Shown piece by piece: positions 23,151 to 35,760 of a stretch of 64,000 nucleotides of DNA; within the stretch, counting starts at the first letter, position 1, and each line of letters opens with the position of its first letter. The notes under the pieces were generated by a model. It ran no database searches. It was not told the origin of the DNA and was given only the letters and a program-made list of their open reading frames with translations. The stretch comes from Camelus ferus (Eukaryota): positions 99,450,001-99,514,000 of the forward strand of contig NC_045696.1 of NCBI RefSeq assembly GCF_009834535.1, read 5' to 3'. A program made the position numbers and the translations under genes.

Positions 23151-25039
23151 ATAATGCCTTTGATATGCTTTGCTTTGAGAGCAGCTTAGGCCCAATGATC
23201 TCTTCTTAGGTACGTTGCCATTTATGAATGTTCTAGGAAAGAACTTCATTAAATTGGTCCTAAGTTTGTTTTTCAAGTTGCTATAATTTTATTCTTTTAG
23301 AGTTACTGTAGCTGATGGCAAATTTTGCCACCTTCCCAGACAGCATCTCCTTCTTTGGTCTTTTCACTCTTCAGTCTCTTCAACATGTCAGTCCCAAGAG
23401 GTTTCTTTGTAATCCAATAAGAAGCATTTCCTTTAGAAAGTCATCACCTTAGGGTCTGTTTCCTAAATAAATATTGGGTTGGCACCTGTTGTATGCTTTA
23501 CTTAGTACTGGATGATCAAATAAATTCATTAGAAGTTCTTTCACTGTGACCAGCAGGTGTTAAACAAGTAGAAAAATGAAATGATTGTGAAATAAAATTA
23601 TACACAATTAGTGGCTTTTGTTTAATCCAGGAGAAAGAGATTCCTATCAGTTGATAAAGAATAGAATTGTCATTAAGGAAAACACTATTGGAATTCCCTT
23701 TTTTCCCCTGCACTGGTGGACTTTCCTAAATCTTTACATTTCAACCTATTTTATTTAATACTTTAACTAACATGACTTGGCTGTATTATTTACAAAATAA
23801 GGAGAAAGAAATAAGGGAAGTGGCAGAACCTTTACATTTGTTATTACAATTATCTAGATGCTTTCCCATCATAAGTGTTCTGCATAACAGCTGTGAATAA
23901 TTGTCTGCTATAGAGACAAAGGATTTATTTCCATTTTCTAACATAAGGATTGTTTTAACACAGTTAAGACCACTTTGGCAATTAACTCTGGGCTGACTGC
24001 TATTTTACAGTCTTACATATCTTCAGTATGTTTTATGTTGAGTCTTCTGTTCTGAATTTGAAATAAAATTGTGTGTGAAGCTGTCATATGATGGTACATT
24101 TTAACGTAAATATATCTTGACATTCTTTTTAGTGCCTTGGCCAAGTCTTCAGGCATATAGAATGAATTTTAATCCTAAAATTTTAAACATTTTTATTACA
24201 TCAAGTAGAGTGACTGGAATTATCCTTGCAATTACTGTAGAAATTTGTTTTGAATAATAAAATGTGCCTAAGAAAGGATGTAGCAAAGTGTATCAAGGGT
24301 CTTTTGAGGAGGTGTCTTGAACCTGTCCCTTCCAGTGATTCATCTGCCACCTTCCAACAATGCACTTCCTGACGGTGACTTGGCATTCACTCAGCATCAG
24401 CAGGAAAGCCAGCCCCGCACAGACTGTGACACTACGGATGCCACCTCAACGACTCTGTGACCTGCTCTCTAAGGTCTCAAAAATGTTGAAGCAAGTTACA
24501 GAAAACTTTGAGAAAGTTTTTAAAAGTTTACAGCAAGTCTAATATGTTTCTTCTCACTTAAAGGCTTTCTGTGTTAAAACAAATCATTCCATAAAATGTA
24601 TACTGCTGGTGTCAAAGTAACATTACAATTTCAGTGAGCTCTCCCAGAATGTTAACACATGACACATGATTTATCTCTCTCTTAAAAAAAAAAAACAACC
24701 CTTGTAGTTTCATTATTTTAAAAGGAAATACTGGTAAAGGAATGATAAAAGGAATTTTTAAATATCAAAGTGACTTCAAAAATTTTGGTGATGGATGTGA
24801 GATGGTTAAAATATAATCAAAAAAGAATTATTGGGAGATATGCCAACAACTACTTTGTGGTGCGTAGACATTCTCAAAGACACATGAAAAAGTAATGTAA
24901 ATGATGATTAATTAGTGTGGAAAAGCCTAATTTCTTTCATCTTTTTGGTTTTGTTTTAAACAATTTCTAGTTATCACAAACAAAGTATAAGAAGGTAGTG
25001 GGTTCTTATATTGGATGTGATGTCAGCAGTTAGCTGGAC

Positions 25040-25160
25040 CTCTTACAAAAATGAGATCCAGAAAAATGAAGTGACTTCTCCAAGGTCACACAGGTAGTTA
25101 GAGATGTGATCAGCAACCCGGATATCTGATTTTCCCTTTCAGTGCTATTTTTCTAGGACC
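25040..25160 (-). mobile_element. MIR fragment
   Basis: 'gaagtgacttctccaaggtcacacaggtagtt' antisense MIR core. Confidence 0.7.
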
Positions 25161-26642
25161 AGTTTGCCTCCTAAAGTTGTTTCTACAGACTCAGAACCTT
25201 GTGGGTGAGACAGGTTGAGGCCAAGCAGGAATCAAGCCAGGTGTAAGACAGGAGGGACCAGCAAGTCCTCAGGAAACGTAAGAGTGTTTGCCCTCTTTGA
25301 AAGCATTGATTCAAATATTCAAATATTATTATTACATTCTCACATTCAACTACAGGCCAGCCAGTTGCCTTTTTGATACTTTAGTGGTTCCATTTTTTAG
25401 CTGCTTAGATAGATTTAGTATCTAAAATGGGTTCATATGGGTGGATTTATAAACAGGAATACAATTTTAATCAGAGGTTAGAAATTTTACACCATGGAAT
25501 AAATTGTAAATAAAAGGTTTTATGAAAAGCACTGAGTAGATGACAGTGTACCCATCACTGATAGGATTTCTTTATTTAGTTGATTGATAGCTTTGGGGGC
25601 ATTTTAGAAAGTCTGTTTAATTCATCCAGTCAATGACAAGTCTCAAGAGTTGATCACTTTGCTCACTGAGCCAGGAAGCTCTGTGCTTTTCGATGCTTTG
25701 TTAAAAAACAAAGCTTTGATGGTTGAGAACCTGCCTAGAGAAAGTAAATGATGGCTCTGAATATGTTTTGCTAGCTATTTTTATAAACTGAATTTCCTAT
25801 TTTAAATACAAATACCTTAGAAGTCCAGAGTCCAGTAAGCAAAGCCAACCTGCAGTATACTTAATCCTCATGTTAAAACTTTAGAATATGTTTAAATGTA
25901 TTTTCACTATAAGACATGTGATTATTATAACATTTACCTTAGTGTTGATGCAAACTCAAAACCGTTTTTCAGCAGTGCTTTTATTCCAGAATAAGCAAAA
26001 AGGGGGAGTGAGGTAGGATAAATGTTTAGTGAGTTTATTGACATTTCATACTTACTCACGTAAAAGACTTTGGAGATGCAAAGCAGTGTGTTAAAGCAGT
26101 TGAGGAGTTGACTCTTGGTTGGGGAGATGACACAAACTCCCAGAAAAAAAGAGAGCAATAGATGCTCGTGAATCAAGTATCAAATGTGTGCACTAGTAAA
26201 ATGAGTATTAACACAACTAAAAGATTACTTCATCCTGGCAAAAGCTAGGACGGTTTCATATAGGAGGAAGGAATTTGGGATAAACGGGGAAAAGGTACCT
26301 TCAAAGGCATAACCATGGGAAGCCATTTGAGGTACCAGGGATGTAGTAAAACACCTCTTTATCCAGAGTGTCATGAACCAGTAAAGGCATTGTGTAAGAA
26401 AGGCAAACACGTTTTGTGTAGCTACAGTGTATCTGGGAACTTTTCAAACATTATTTTACTTGAAATACATTTCAAAGCAAGTATTAAGGTTCTCCTCATC
26501 TTGCTGATTCAGGAAACTGAACGAGGCTCAAGGGAAGTGTAAAGATTTGTCTTGCAATTTCTGCGTCCAAGGTTAGTCGTCTTTGTGTGGAAATGGACCT
26601 GACTTTCTTTGTGCGACATGGGTCTGGAAATGGAGAACCCTT

Positions 26643-27126
26643 TGCTTTGATTGCTTCCCAGTCACTCTGTTGGTAGTGAGGGACTCCTAGCGTTATCGGG
26701 ATGGCTGAGCCCAGCACAGCCGACACCAGACAGGTGAAACTGACAGCAATTTATTAGTCACATAAACTCTTAGCCTGGAGGAAGAGGACACCCCACACCA
26801 TGCATGGCTACACAGGGGCTGCACTCAGGAACAGAGTGGACAGAACGAGCTGGGGCAGTGGGAAGCAGGCTCTGTAGTAGAACTAAGGTGATGTGCCCTC
26901 TGGCTCCTGTGGGAAGCTGTGATTGGCTATTTGAGGAGTTCCAAGGGCCAGCAGGGGGATAAGCAGGAACTGTATTTGGTCAATTTGATAAGAAAGATTG
27001 TCTGGCTAGAAGACATTATACACAAAAGCAGAGTAGGGAGAAGAATTTGAGGTTAGGCCTTTTGAGAATTTCCTGGTTTCAGATGTCAAGGCAGCATATA
27101 ATATTAATTTTAAACCTTTTATTACA
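26643..27126 (-). mobile_element. ERVL solo LTR (MER54/MER73/MER74-group-like)
   Basis: Minus strand starts TGTAAT...'aatattatatgctgccttgacatctg', contains 'tgactaataaattgctgtcag' (polyA signal) and ends ...CA; exact 5-bp TSD ccctt at 26638-26642 and 27127-27131, the size typical of ERVL. Confidence 0.85.
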
Positions 27127-27299
27127 CCCTTATGAGATTGTAGACTAGTTTTAACTTTCTAACTTTTTCATATTCCTCAACAAGGATTTTTTTTTTTTAA
27201 GGCAGGAACTCCTGACTATTCTGTATATGGTAGACTCCTTTTATATTTCTGGTGCTCATTCTCTTTTCATTTTCTTGTTTATTTGCAGATGCTTTTTTC

Positions 27300-27436
27300 T
27301 TATTGGCTACCCCCAAAGAAAGTAGGCTGCATACAGGCAAAGGACCGTTTTCGTTTTCTTATTTACTGCTGTGTTCCAGTGCCTATGGTGGTCTCTGGCA
27401 CATAACGGATGCTCAGTAAATTTTGTCAGAAAGAAC
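27300..27436 (+). mobile_element. LINE-2 3' end
   Basis: 'actgctgtgttccagtgcctatggtggtctctggcacataacggatgctcagtaaatttt'. Confidence 0.75.
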
Positions 27437-30400
27437 AATTAAGTATAGTTATAAATTACAGACCCGAAGTTGTGTTTCTTTGGTGTTAAGTCTTTCCTCA
27501 ATCACATTAATACACCAAATATGTATCAAGGATTTTTCCTGTACCAGTTGCTGTTTTTAGAATGCAGTTTCTACCATGAAAGAACTTAGAGTCTGGAGGA
27601 GGAGACATACTAATAAAAATGCAATTGTACTACTTGATGCCAATATCTATGAGACAAAAGAGCACAGGTGTTTGAGGCTGGAAGGTGAGATGGCACTTGA
27701 ATAACCAGGAAGAAACCCACGGTTGTTTTTTTTTCAATCCAGATAAGAGAAACCCCCAACTTCTCTTAGCTACATATTCCTGTTCTCTGTACTTCTTAAA
27801 GACAGGAAATACCAACAAAGATATACTTTAAATCTTTTGTGATGGAATTTACGGCAAAGGATAAATTGCAAAATTTAGTTTTTTATTTATTTTTTTTTAG
27901 CTTTTATGGGTTTTGCCTACATACCAAATGTTGTAGGAAGTGAAAATGAAACAATTAAACTCAATAATGAGATGTATGTCTAACGTATGTAGAAACACCG
28001 TTTGCTACCTCCTTCATTGTAACTGTCAGATTTGTTGGTCATTCAGAATGGGTCTTACGGGGTATGGCTTGCTCAGTGCCTCCCTCCATCCCAGAGAGTT
28101 AAAAATATTTTCCCCATCTGTCTCTGTGCACTTTCCAGAGGTCTGTGTTTACAAATAGATTGTGGAGTCTGAGATCCTGTTCAGGATAATTCCAATTCCT
28201 TTATGGCCCTTTTTATACCCTTTAGCAATGCAGTTTAGCGCAGAACCATCACCAAAAGGTGGGTTTATGTGATCGTATGTATCCCTGGTTTCCCCTGTTT
28301 GAAAATTTAAGCAGGAAATTTATAGGATTTAAGTCAAAGTGCCCTACCGGGAGCCTTAACAGTCTTCATAGTGTGATAGAAACATATTGAGGCTGTGTTC
28401 CTTCTGTTTGAAGGCAATCTTGGGATTTTACTGTTTTGTAAATTAAAGAAAGGGATTGATATCATAAATTTATCCTGGAATTCAGTGAAGGTGAGAATGA
28501 TTGCTACGAAGAAGACATCCAATATAAATGAGGGGTTTATATTAATCTGAAATACAGGCTATTTTTTTTTCCTCCTTGAATTAAAAATGCACTGAATAGG
28601 TTGGTATCAACTTCATTAACATTTATTGGGGGAGGGGTTACGGTCCTTATTGGATACGAATCCATTTATTTTGCAAGTTTTAAGCATGGTGTTTATGAAT
28701 GGAGTATACATTTTTAAAACCTTTAAAACATCAAGAGGTACAAAGAATAGGAAGATCTGGTTTCTGTCTCTGGGTTTGAGATCCACTTTTCTTTTGACTG
28801 AGTTTTGTTGTCATTGCCTTCAGGTAAGGAGGAGGTGGTGCAGGTAAAGTAGGGAGAGGGTGGGTAGGTGGGGGGAGACTTTGAAGCCATGAAATCGATC
28901 CTACAGTTTTCAAAGGGTGATACATCCTTGATTTTTTTTTTTTTCCTACTTTTTCACGTGTCAGGAGTCAAAATTGGAGATGAGGTTTTACCTCTCGCAT
29001 TCTCTGTGTGCTTCTCTTCCCCTTGCTGATCAGCTGACTCTTTCTCTTAGTTTTTCATCATGTGACAGCTATGTTTTCACTAGTGGCTGCTGATGGATGG
29101 GAACTACTTTTGAGCTGATTAGAACTAAACTCCTTAAAACTTGAGTCATTTGCTTTTGTCTTCTACACGTAAAACAACAACCCATGCCCTAATGTTTTTA
29201 TAGATTGCTGCTCTCGTCAAAGCTCCTTATGTATATATTATTCTTACTGTTCCCTTTTCTATATTCTTCCTTTGAAACCTATATTAAATGGTAGCTCTTT
29301 CCTTCAGGGTTAATTCGGGGGCTATGTGATTTTGATCTCCACAATTATTCTTTTATGCCCTCTAATGGCAGCCAGAGGAAACTCCTATTGGACACAATTC
29401 AAGAAAATAAATTTACAAAAATAAACAAGAGATTGTTCAAAGATTTTAATATAAATAACTCTCACATACGCCAGGCATTCTTGTGGTGGGACAAAGACCA
29501 CGTGTTCATTTACTAAACTTTGGAAAACAGATCTTCTGGTTGGTTAGCCATAGGTTTTAAGGAATTTATTTGGATGATTATTTTGAAAACTCTATTTCCA
29601 GCAGTAGTTAAAATTCTTCTGTGATTCTGTTAGGGTGATAGATATTTTTCCAAAGTGTTTATTTGCTTTGGAATTAGTAAATATTTAAGCATGCACATTC
29701 ATACACAGATAGCTACACCATCTTTACAGACTGGCTTTGTATTTACTATTAACGGAGGTATGAATGGAGATGACGAATGGGAAAATTCAAACGTGTTTCT
29801 TTGGAGGTTTATGGCATCTCTTTCAATGGTGTTAACAGAATAAATCTGGACTCTGGTGCAAAAATACCATCTCTTCTTACTGTCGTAGCCCTATCTGTTT
29901 AGAGAATAGCTGATGAAGGTGGCCTGAGTCTCAAAACTTCGCGGGTGGCCCTCACAGGAGATCCACTTCCAAGGTTAAAACCTTGAGGAAAGAGTTTTCC
30001 ACATCTCAAAAATATGCTTATACCATCTGGTGCCAGCTATGCATTATAAGCAGATTTAAAAAAAAATTAATCTCTCTTTTGCTCCTCATTTTTGCCGTCT
30101 CCTTCATCTTCCCTTCCCCGCTCAAGACTGTCGCCTTATATCTTGTTGGAGTTGTTCTCCTTTAATAACGTTCTGGCAATTAGCTTTTGTTCTTCATGGC
30201 AGCAGGACGCAGAGTGGAGGCATCTACCAACTGGGTGGAAAGTAACTTTTTCCCCCTCTCTGCGTGTCTTGCTTTCTGAGCCTTTTCCGGTTGCCCCAGA
30301 AGAATTACACTGTATTTGCAAAATGCTGTCAGAAGTTCTCCTTGCTTATAACCTGAAATAAGACTTATAAGCATTACTATAACTAGATAGCATGAAGTAC

Positions 30401-30569
30401 ATACTCTAAAAAGACACATTCATAAAATTTTGTCTCCTTATAAAAATTTAAAAGTTCTGTGATATGATGATATTACACCAAACATTGGAGCATTTGCCAG
30501 AATTAGGTATAGATATGAAATAAGCAGAACCTGCAAAAGTTCTTTGAGCCGCGGCGGCAAGGCTAACTA

Positions 30570-30750
30570 TAACAGCTTCTGGTCATTGAACACCTGCAGT
30601 CTGCCAGGCTCACCTCGAGTCTGCACCTCAATTCTACAAAAAGAAATAACCATTCTCATTTGATTCATGAGAAAACTGAGGCCCAAGGAGCTGGAATGAC
30701 TTGCTCAGGGTCACAGCGATATCATGAGGCAGATGTGGGTTTCTGATGCC
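30570..30750 (-). mobile_element. MIR
   Basis: 'atgagaaaactgaggcccaaggagctggaatgacttgctcagggtcacag'. Confidence 0.8.
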
Positions 30751-30894
30751 ACAGGGATCTTAATAAAAAGGTTGTAGAAGGGGCTAGGATAGAAAGTTGA
30801 GTTTGATTTTTTATTTTTTCCCCCTATTGTGCTTCATGACTTCTGAATGATAAACTTCAGCTTGAAATGTGTACTTGTGTTTGGGATAATAGAC

Positions 30895-31330
30895 AAGGGC
30901 TGCAGTAGAGTTTAACAGATCGGTGCTTTGTTGTTAGACCAGGGTTCAAATTTGGAGTAGACTACTTCCTAAGTGTGTGGCACCCAGTGAATTAAGTAAT
31001 CTCTTTCTGTCTATTGAAGAAAATAATAGAAAAACTAAATTATAGACATATAGTGTCAGGAAAGTTAACTCTGGGGAGGAGTAAGAGGGTAGTTATTGAA
31101 AGGGACCCAAAAGTGGCTTCTAGGGTACAAGCAGTGTTCTAATGATGGTCTGGGTCATAGGTACACGAGATGTGTGATGATTCACTGATCTGCTCATTTC
31201 ATTTGTAAAAACAAAAAAGTAATAGTAATAATGGTAGTTAACATTTTAATAGGAGCTTTGTGAGGATTAAATAAGATACACTGCCTAGCACATAAAAAGT
31301 TCTTTATAAATAACAGCTATTATTTTTGTT
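30895..31330 (+). mobile_element. MIR interrupted by an L1ME-type 3' fragment (about 31015-31220)
   Basis: MIR 5' part 'gaccagggttcaaatttgg...acttcctaagtgtgtg', MIR 3' part 'ttgtgaggattaaataagata...tgcctagcacata'; insert has L1ME-like 'ggcttctagggtacaagcagtgttcta'. Confidence 0.65.
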
Positions 31331-31769
31331 ATTTTTGAATTCTGATGTCTTACGCTAAGGATTAATGGTTCAACATTAAAAGCAGGGAATAAAAAAATGC
31401 ATCCTGTATGTGAATATCTAGATATCTCTTTGCAGTTGTAGGCATTATTACCGTATGACAACATTTTATTCTGTTTTAACATTGAATAAGCGAAAACACA
31501 AAAGAAGTTTTGCTCTTTGTTAAGAAATGAAATCCTAGGTTCTTATTTTGATTCCTGACTTTTAGTTAATTGTTATTAGTTTCAAAATGTAAAATGCCAA
31601 TAAGCTACTGCTCACTTAGCAATAATTTTTAATGCAACTGAATCTCTGGGCCTGCAACAAAGTTTCTTCATCGGTAGTTCCAAGGTTTTATAATAGTTTG
31701 GGACATGTGGAGAGATGGAAGTGTTTTCTGAAACTGAGGAGAGAAACCCTGACTGAGGAAGGTGGCGGG

Positions 31770-31935
31770 ACACTAGGTACTGTGCTGAGCACCTGAAATG
31801 TATCATCATCTTAGAAACAGCAATGCCTGGGTATGTGTTTTTTTTTTTTTTTTATCACCCCATTCTACAGATGAGAATCTGACATTTAAGAGGTGCTAAA
31901 TAAGTTGCTTGATGTCACACGGCTAATAAGAGTCC
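31770..31935 (-). mobile_element. MIR
   Basis: 'ggtactgtgctgagcac', 'cccattctacagatgagaatctga...ttgcttgatgtcacacggctaataag'. Confidence 0.8.
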
Positions 31936-32789
31936 ACCTCCAGAGCTAATTGTAAATGGCTTCTCCATGTCCTTCTTATGTTCCATCAAGCCTTTTTCCA
32001 TGTTAGAAGTAACCACTCACAAAAACTAGCATGCCACAGTGGGGACACAGAATACTGCTTCAACAAGGCTCATTGGAATGAGCAAAGGAAAGATACCGAA
32101 AATCAAACTTTCTAGTATTCCGAACATAGCTAACTTCCCTCCCACACACTTGCTTCCCAAAGAATTACTCCTTTGAAAGAATTTTCTTATTAAATTAACA
32201 ATCATTAAGTGACAGAGAATTAACACGTTGCGAGGTGAATTGTTTTCTTTTTGCTGAATCCCAGGGGGTACCCAGAATGATAATGCTACTATTTTAAATA
32301 GGCTTGTGTGTTGCTTATGGCAGGTTACCATCTCCTCGCCCCCACCCCTAATGTGAATAAATTACATTGTTCTTCACTTTATGTCTGAAGAGAGGAGTAA
32401 TGGACAGCTTGTTGCCATCTCTTCCATGTATGCAGCTGTCTTACTGATTCCTCCTGGAGGAAGCTGCTGACTTCAGTAGGTGATATTAGAATAAAAGAAT
32501 TTAGCTGTTCATAGTCCTCAAGGGCAGAGAAGTATACGTCTTCTGTAGCCTCCAGCCAGGCAGACCTCTCCACGTTTTTCATAATGCATCTGGTTTCTCT
32601 ATTTGAGACATTCTCTTATCTTCAAATACCTTGTGGCACTTCCCCACTGGGGCTGCAGTTTGCTGCCTTAGCAAGTTAACTGTAAAACTTGAAACTTTTT
32701 ATGGTTAGTAGTGTCGGCCCCTTGGGTCCTCCGCCTAAGTGATGAATATGATAAAACATGGCATTTTGTTAATATCTGGTACTATTTAA

Positions 32790-32793
<4 letters not shown>

Positions 32794-32860
<67 letters not shown>
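32794..32860. repeat. (TG)33 perfect dinucleotide microsatellite
   Basis: Direct observation. Confidence 0.98.
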
Positions 32861-32863
<3 letters not shown>

Positions 32864-33039
32864 GGATTAGAATACAAAATAAGTCTTAAAAAAGCCCAAG
32901 TCTTAGAATATAAGATTTTACCTTTCCACTGGAAACTTACAGAATGAGCTCACTGACATTTTGCCCTGGGTTGTAGAAACGTCATTATTAGCTTTGCAGG
33001 GATGGGGTGGGGGTGGGGCGAAGGGGCTTAATCCATCAT

Positions 33040-33265
33040 GGAGGAGAAGAAAGCGCACTGAATGTGGAGTTAGAACTGCTAGCTTTCCGTCCTGGTCTTG
33101 CCATATGACACCTTTGAGAACTCATTTGCCCCTCCAAGTCTTAGCTTCTTCATTTATAATATTTTATAATTATAAATGCTATTGCACAAATGATGCCCAT
33201 TTTCTTATCTCACAGGTTCTTGTGATGGCCACAGGAAGTAGTGTGTCAAAACACTTTATAAAATC
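33040..33265 (+). mobile_element. MIR
   Basis: 'aaagcgcactgaatgtggagttagaa...gtcctggtcttgcca...tctcacaggttcttgtgatg'. Confidence 0.7.
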
Positions 33266-34026
33266 ACAGTTCTATGAAAGTATAAAGTACTTTTAATTTT
33301 TTTTTCTGATAACCACATACATAGATCTGATTTTAGAAATTCCAGTAGCTTTATGATCCCTGGTTTCCAAGAAGAGTTTGCAAACATGCACCCAACCCCA
33401 ATTAAATGAACAGCATGGTGCCAAATACCTACAAGAGTTTCCCGATTTCCATATTTTGAGTTACTTTCATGCTTTGACCTGGCCTTCAGGCAGGGCCTAG
33501 GGTAGCCTGAAACCTGGCCCCAAGCAACCACATTCACTGTGCAAATTCTATTATTTTCTGTGGATGCAATAGTGTCAGAAAGTTGGGAGGCCCCACCAGG
33601 ATAATTAAAAGTCAAAGCACATATACCCCTTTTTCTTTGAAGGTTATAATCTTGTAGAGCAGCATACTGGATAGTTCAGATGACTAAAGAACAATTACAA
33701 AACACTGTATTGGGTTTAAAAAGCTAAAGTATGGCTTGGATACCACTGTAATGGGGAAGATTTGAATTAATGGAATAAAATGAATTTAGAGATTCAGTTT
33801 TAAGCAGGCCTCCTTGGACATGAATTGCATAGAGATGGAGATGGCTCGTGGCCAGAATTGGGGATAGGTTAAGAAAAGATGCAGAAGGCAAGAATACGGT
33901 GATAATTTTATTGCTGTTTTAAATGATCCAAGCTAGGCTGCCATGGCAGATAAGGAGGCTAAAGGGTTGCATTGGGTCGTTTGAATGATGGCTGTGACTC
34001 TTATAGAAGAGTTTGGATTTATCAAC

Positions 34027-34453
34027 TGTGTTAATTTCCTATTGCTGCTATAACAAATTTAGTGCCTTAAAAATTTAAATTTATTTTCTCACAGTTGGGG
34101 AGGTATAAAGTCTGAAATGGGTTGGACTGCATTCCTTCCAGAGGCTCTGGGGGAGAATCCATTTCCTTGCTTTTTAAAGCTTCTAGATGCCATTTGCATT
34201 CCTGGACTCAGGATCCCTTCTGTGCATCACGCAGGCCTCTGCCTCTGTCATCACATTGCCTTCTCCCTGGATATGACCCTCCTGAGTGGTTACACTGGGT
34301 CCACGCAGGTAATCCAAGGCACTCTCCTGATCCCCAAATCCATAATTTAATCACATCGCAAAATTCTTTTTGCCATTTAAAGTGACATAGTTACAGGTTC
34401 TGGGGAATAGGATGTGGACGTCTTTGGGGGAGGGTATCAGTCACCCTGTCACG
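34027..34453 (-). mobile_element. MaLR solo LTR (MLT1C/D-like)
   Basis: 'tgtgttaatttcctattgctgctataacaaatt...gaggctctgggggagaatccatttccttgc...taatcacatcgcaaaattctttttgcc...ggatgtggacgtctttgggg'. Confidence 0.85.
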
Positions 34454-34534
34454 CCAGTATAATTAATAGGTAGTTACGGGTCTTGAATAGGAGATGGTTT
34501 TGTTTCTCATCTGTGGTATTTTATTTCTTTATAG

Positions 34535-34535
<1 letters not shown>

Positions 34536-34571
<36 letters not shown>

Positions 34572-34576
34572 TGTGT
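34536..34576. repeat. (TG)n microsatellite with one interruption
   Basis: Direct observation. Confidence 0.95.
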
Positions 34577-35129
34577 AATCACTCATGTGCATATGCCCAG
34601 GCCAGGCAATGTTGTCTTCAAAGAAAGTATTTTACATCTGACCTGTGAACTATGTGAATACTTGAATTGTGTGAATGGATTGTATCTATTTTATTCTCTA
34701 CTGTTTCCTACGGAAATGTTCGGCACATAGGAGATTCACAGTAATTCAAAGAAGTAATATTGGGCAAGAAATTAGCCTCTCTATGGCAAGAAAAATGGTA
34801 TTTATCTACCAGCCAGAATAAGTCCATGCTATCATAGGGATGATTTAGATGAACTATTTCAGGGAATAAAAACCTGGGTGGGTAGCAGAGATGGTGGCTA
34901 GATGGCCATGGCAGATGGCGCTCACCATCCTTTGTCACACTGTGATGTTACCATTGATTTACTTGACAGCTTCTCCCATCTAAACTGCAAGCAACTTAAA
35001 TGAGCACTTCCCCCTCCTCCTCCCCTTTGCCTCTGTCTCCTTCCTCCTTTTCCATCTTCCATCTCCAGTGCCTAATGTAATCCTTAGTCCACAGTAGACT
35101 CTCTATATAGCTTTCTTATAGGTCGTCAA

Positions 35130-35760
35130 CAACCAATTATAAAATACAGTGATGAAAAAAAATCCACCTGCATTAGTAAAAGCATCTGGAAATAATCTCT
35201 AACAAAAAAAGCTTTTACAGTCTATAAAAGATGAAGAAATTCCTAGTTGAGAAGCTTCAGTAAAATTAAGATTCTAGTCCTGACTAAATTAATATACCGA
35301 TTTAAAGCATTTTAAGAAAATTTGCAATGGGATTATTTTTGCAATTTGACAAAATGATTAAAAAGTTTATATGAGAGAATAAAGATATGAAAGAACCAAT
35401 TGTGCTTATGAAAATAGAGAGGGGTTCTAGTATTACCAGATATTAATAAGTAATATAATGATATTAAAACAATATGATTCTGGTACAGTAGATGAAAGTG
35501 GGACAGGAGGGAGACTCCTAAAACAGATGTGTGTAAGTGTGTGTGATACCACGTTACAGATAGCGTTTCAAATTAGTATAGAAAAGGTGCATCACTCAGA
35601 CAAATACGGTTTTGTGAGAGCTGGCTAATTATATAGGACAAAAAATAGATCCCTACCTCCTCTCATAAAAAATGCAGATTATCATAGTTTAAATATGAAA
35701 ACACATTAACTAGTGGATAATTAAATAGTGTAGTGGAAAAAAACATTTATCAGTAGGCTA
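35130..35760 (+). mobile_element. Old L1ME-type ORF2 fragment
   Basis: 'aaattaatataccgatttaaagc', 'tgacaaaatgattaaaaagtttatatg', 'tagatccctacctc'. Confidence 0.6.

Noticed and set aside
32379..32582. 67-aa minus-strand ORF with protein-like composition
   Set aside because: No recognisable homology, no convincing splice sites, length within chance expectation
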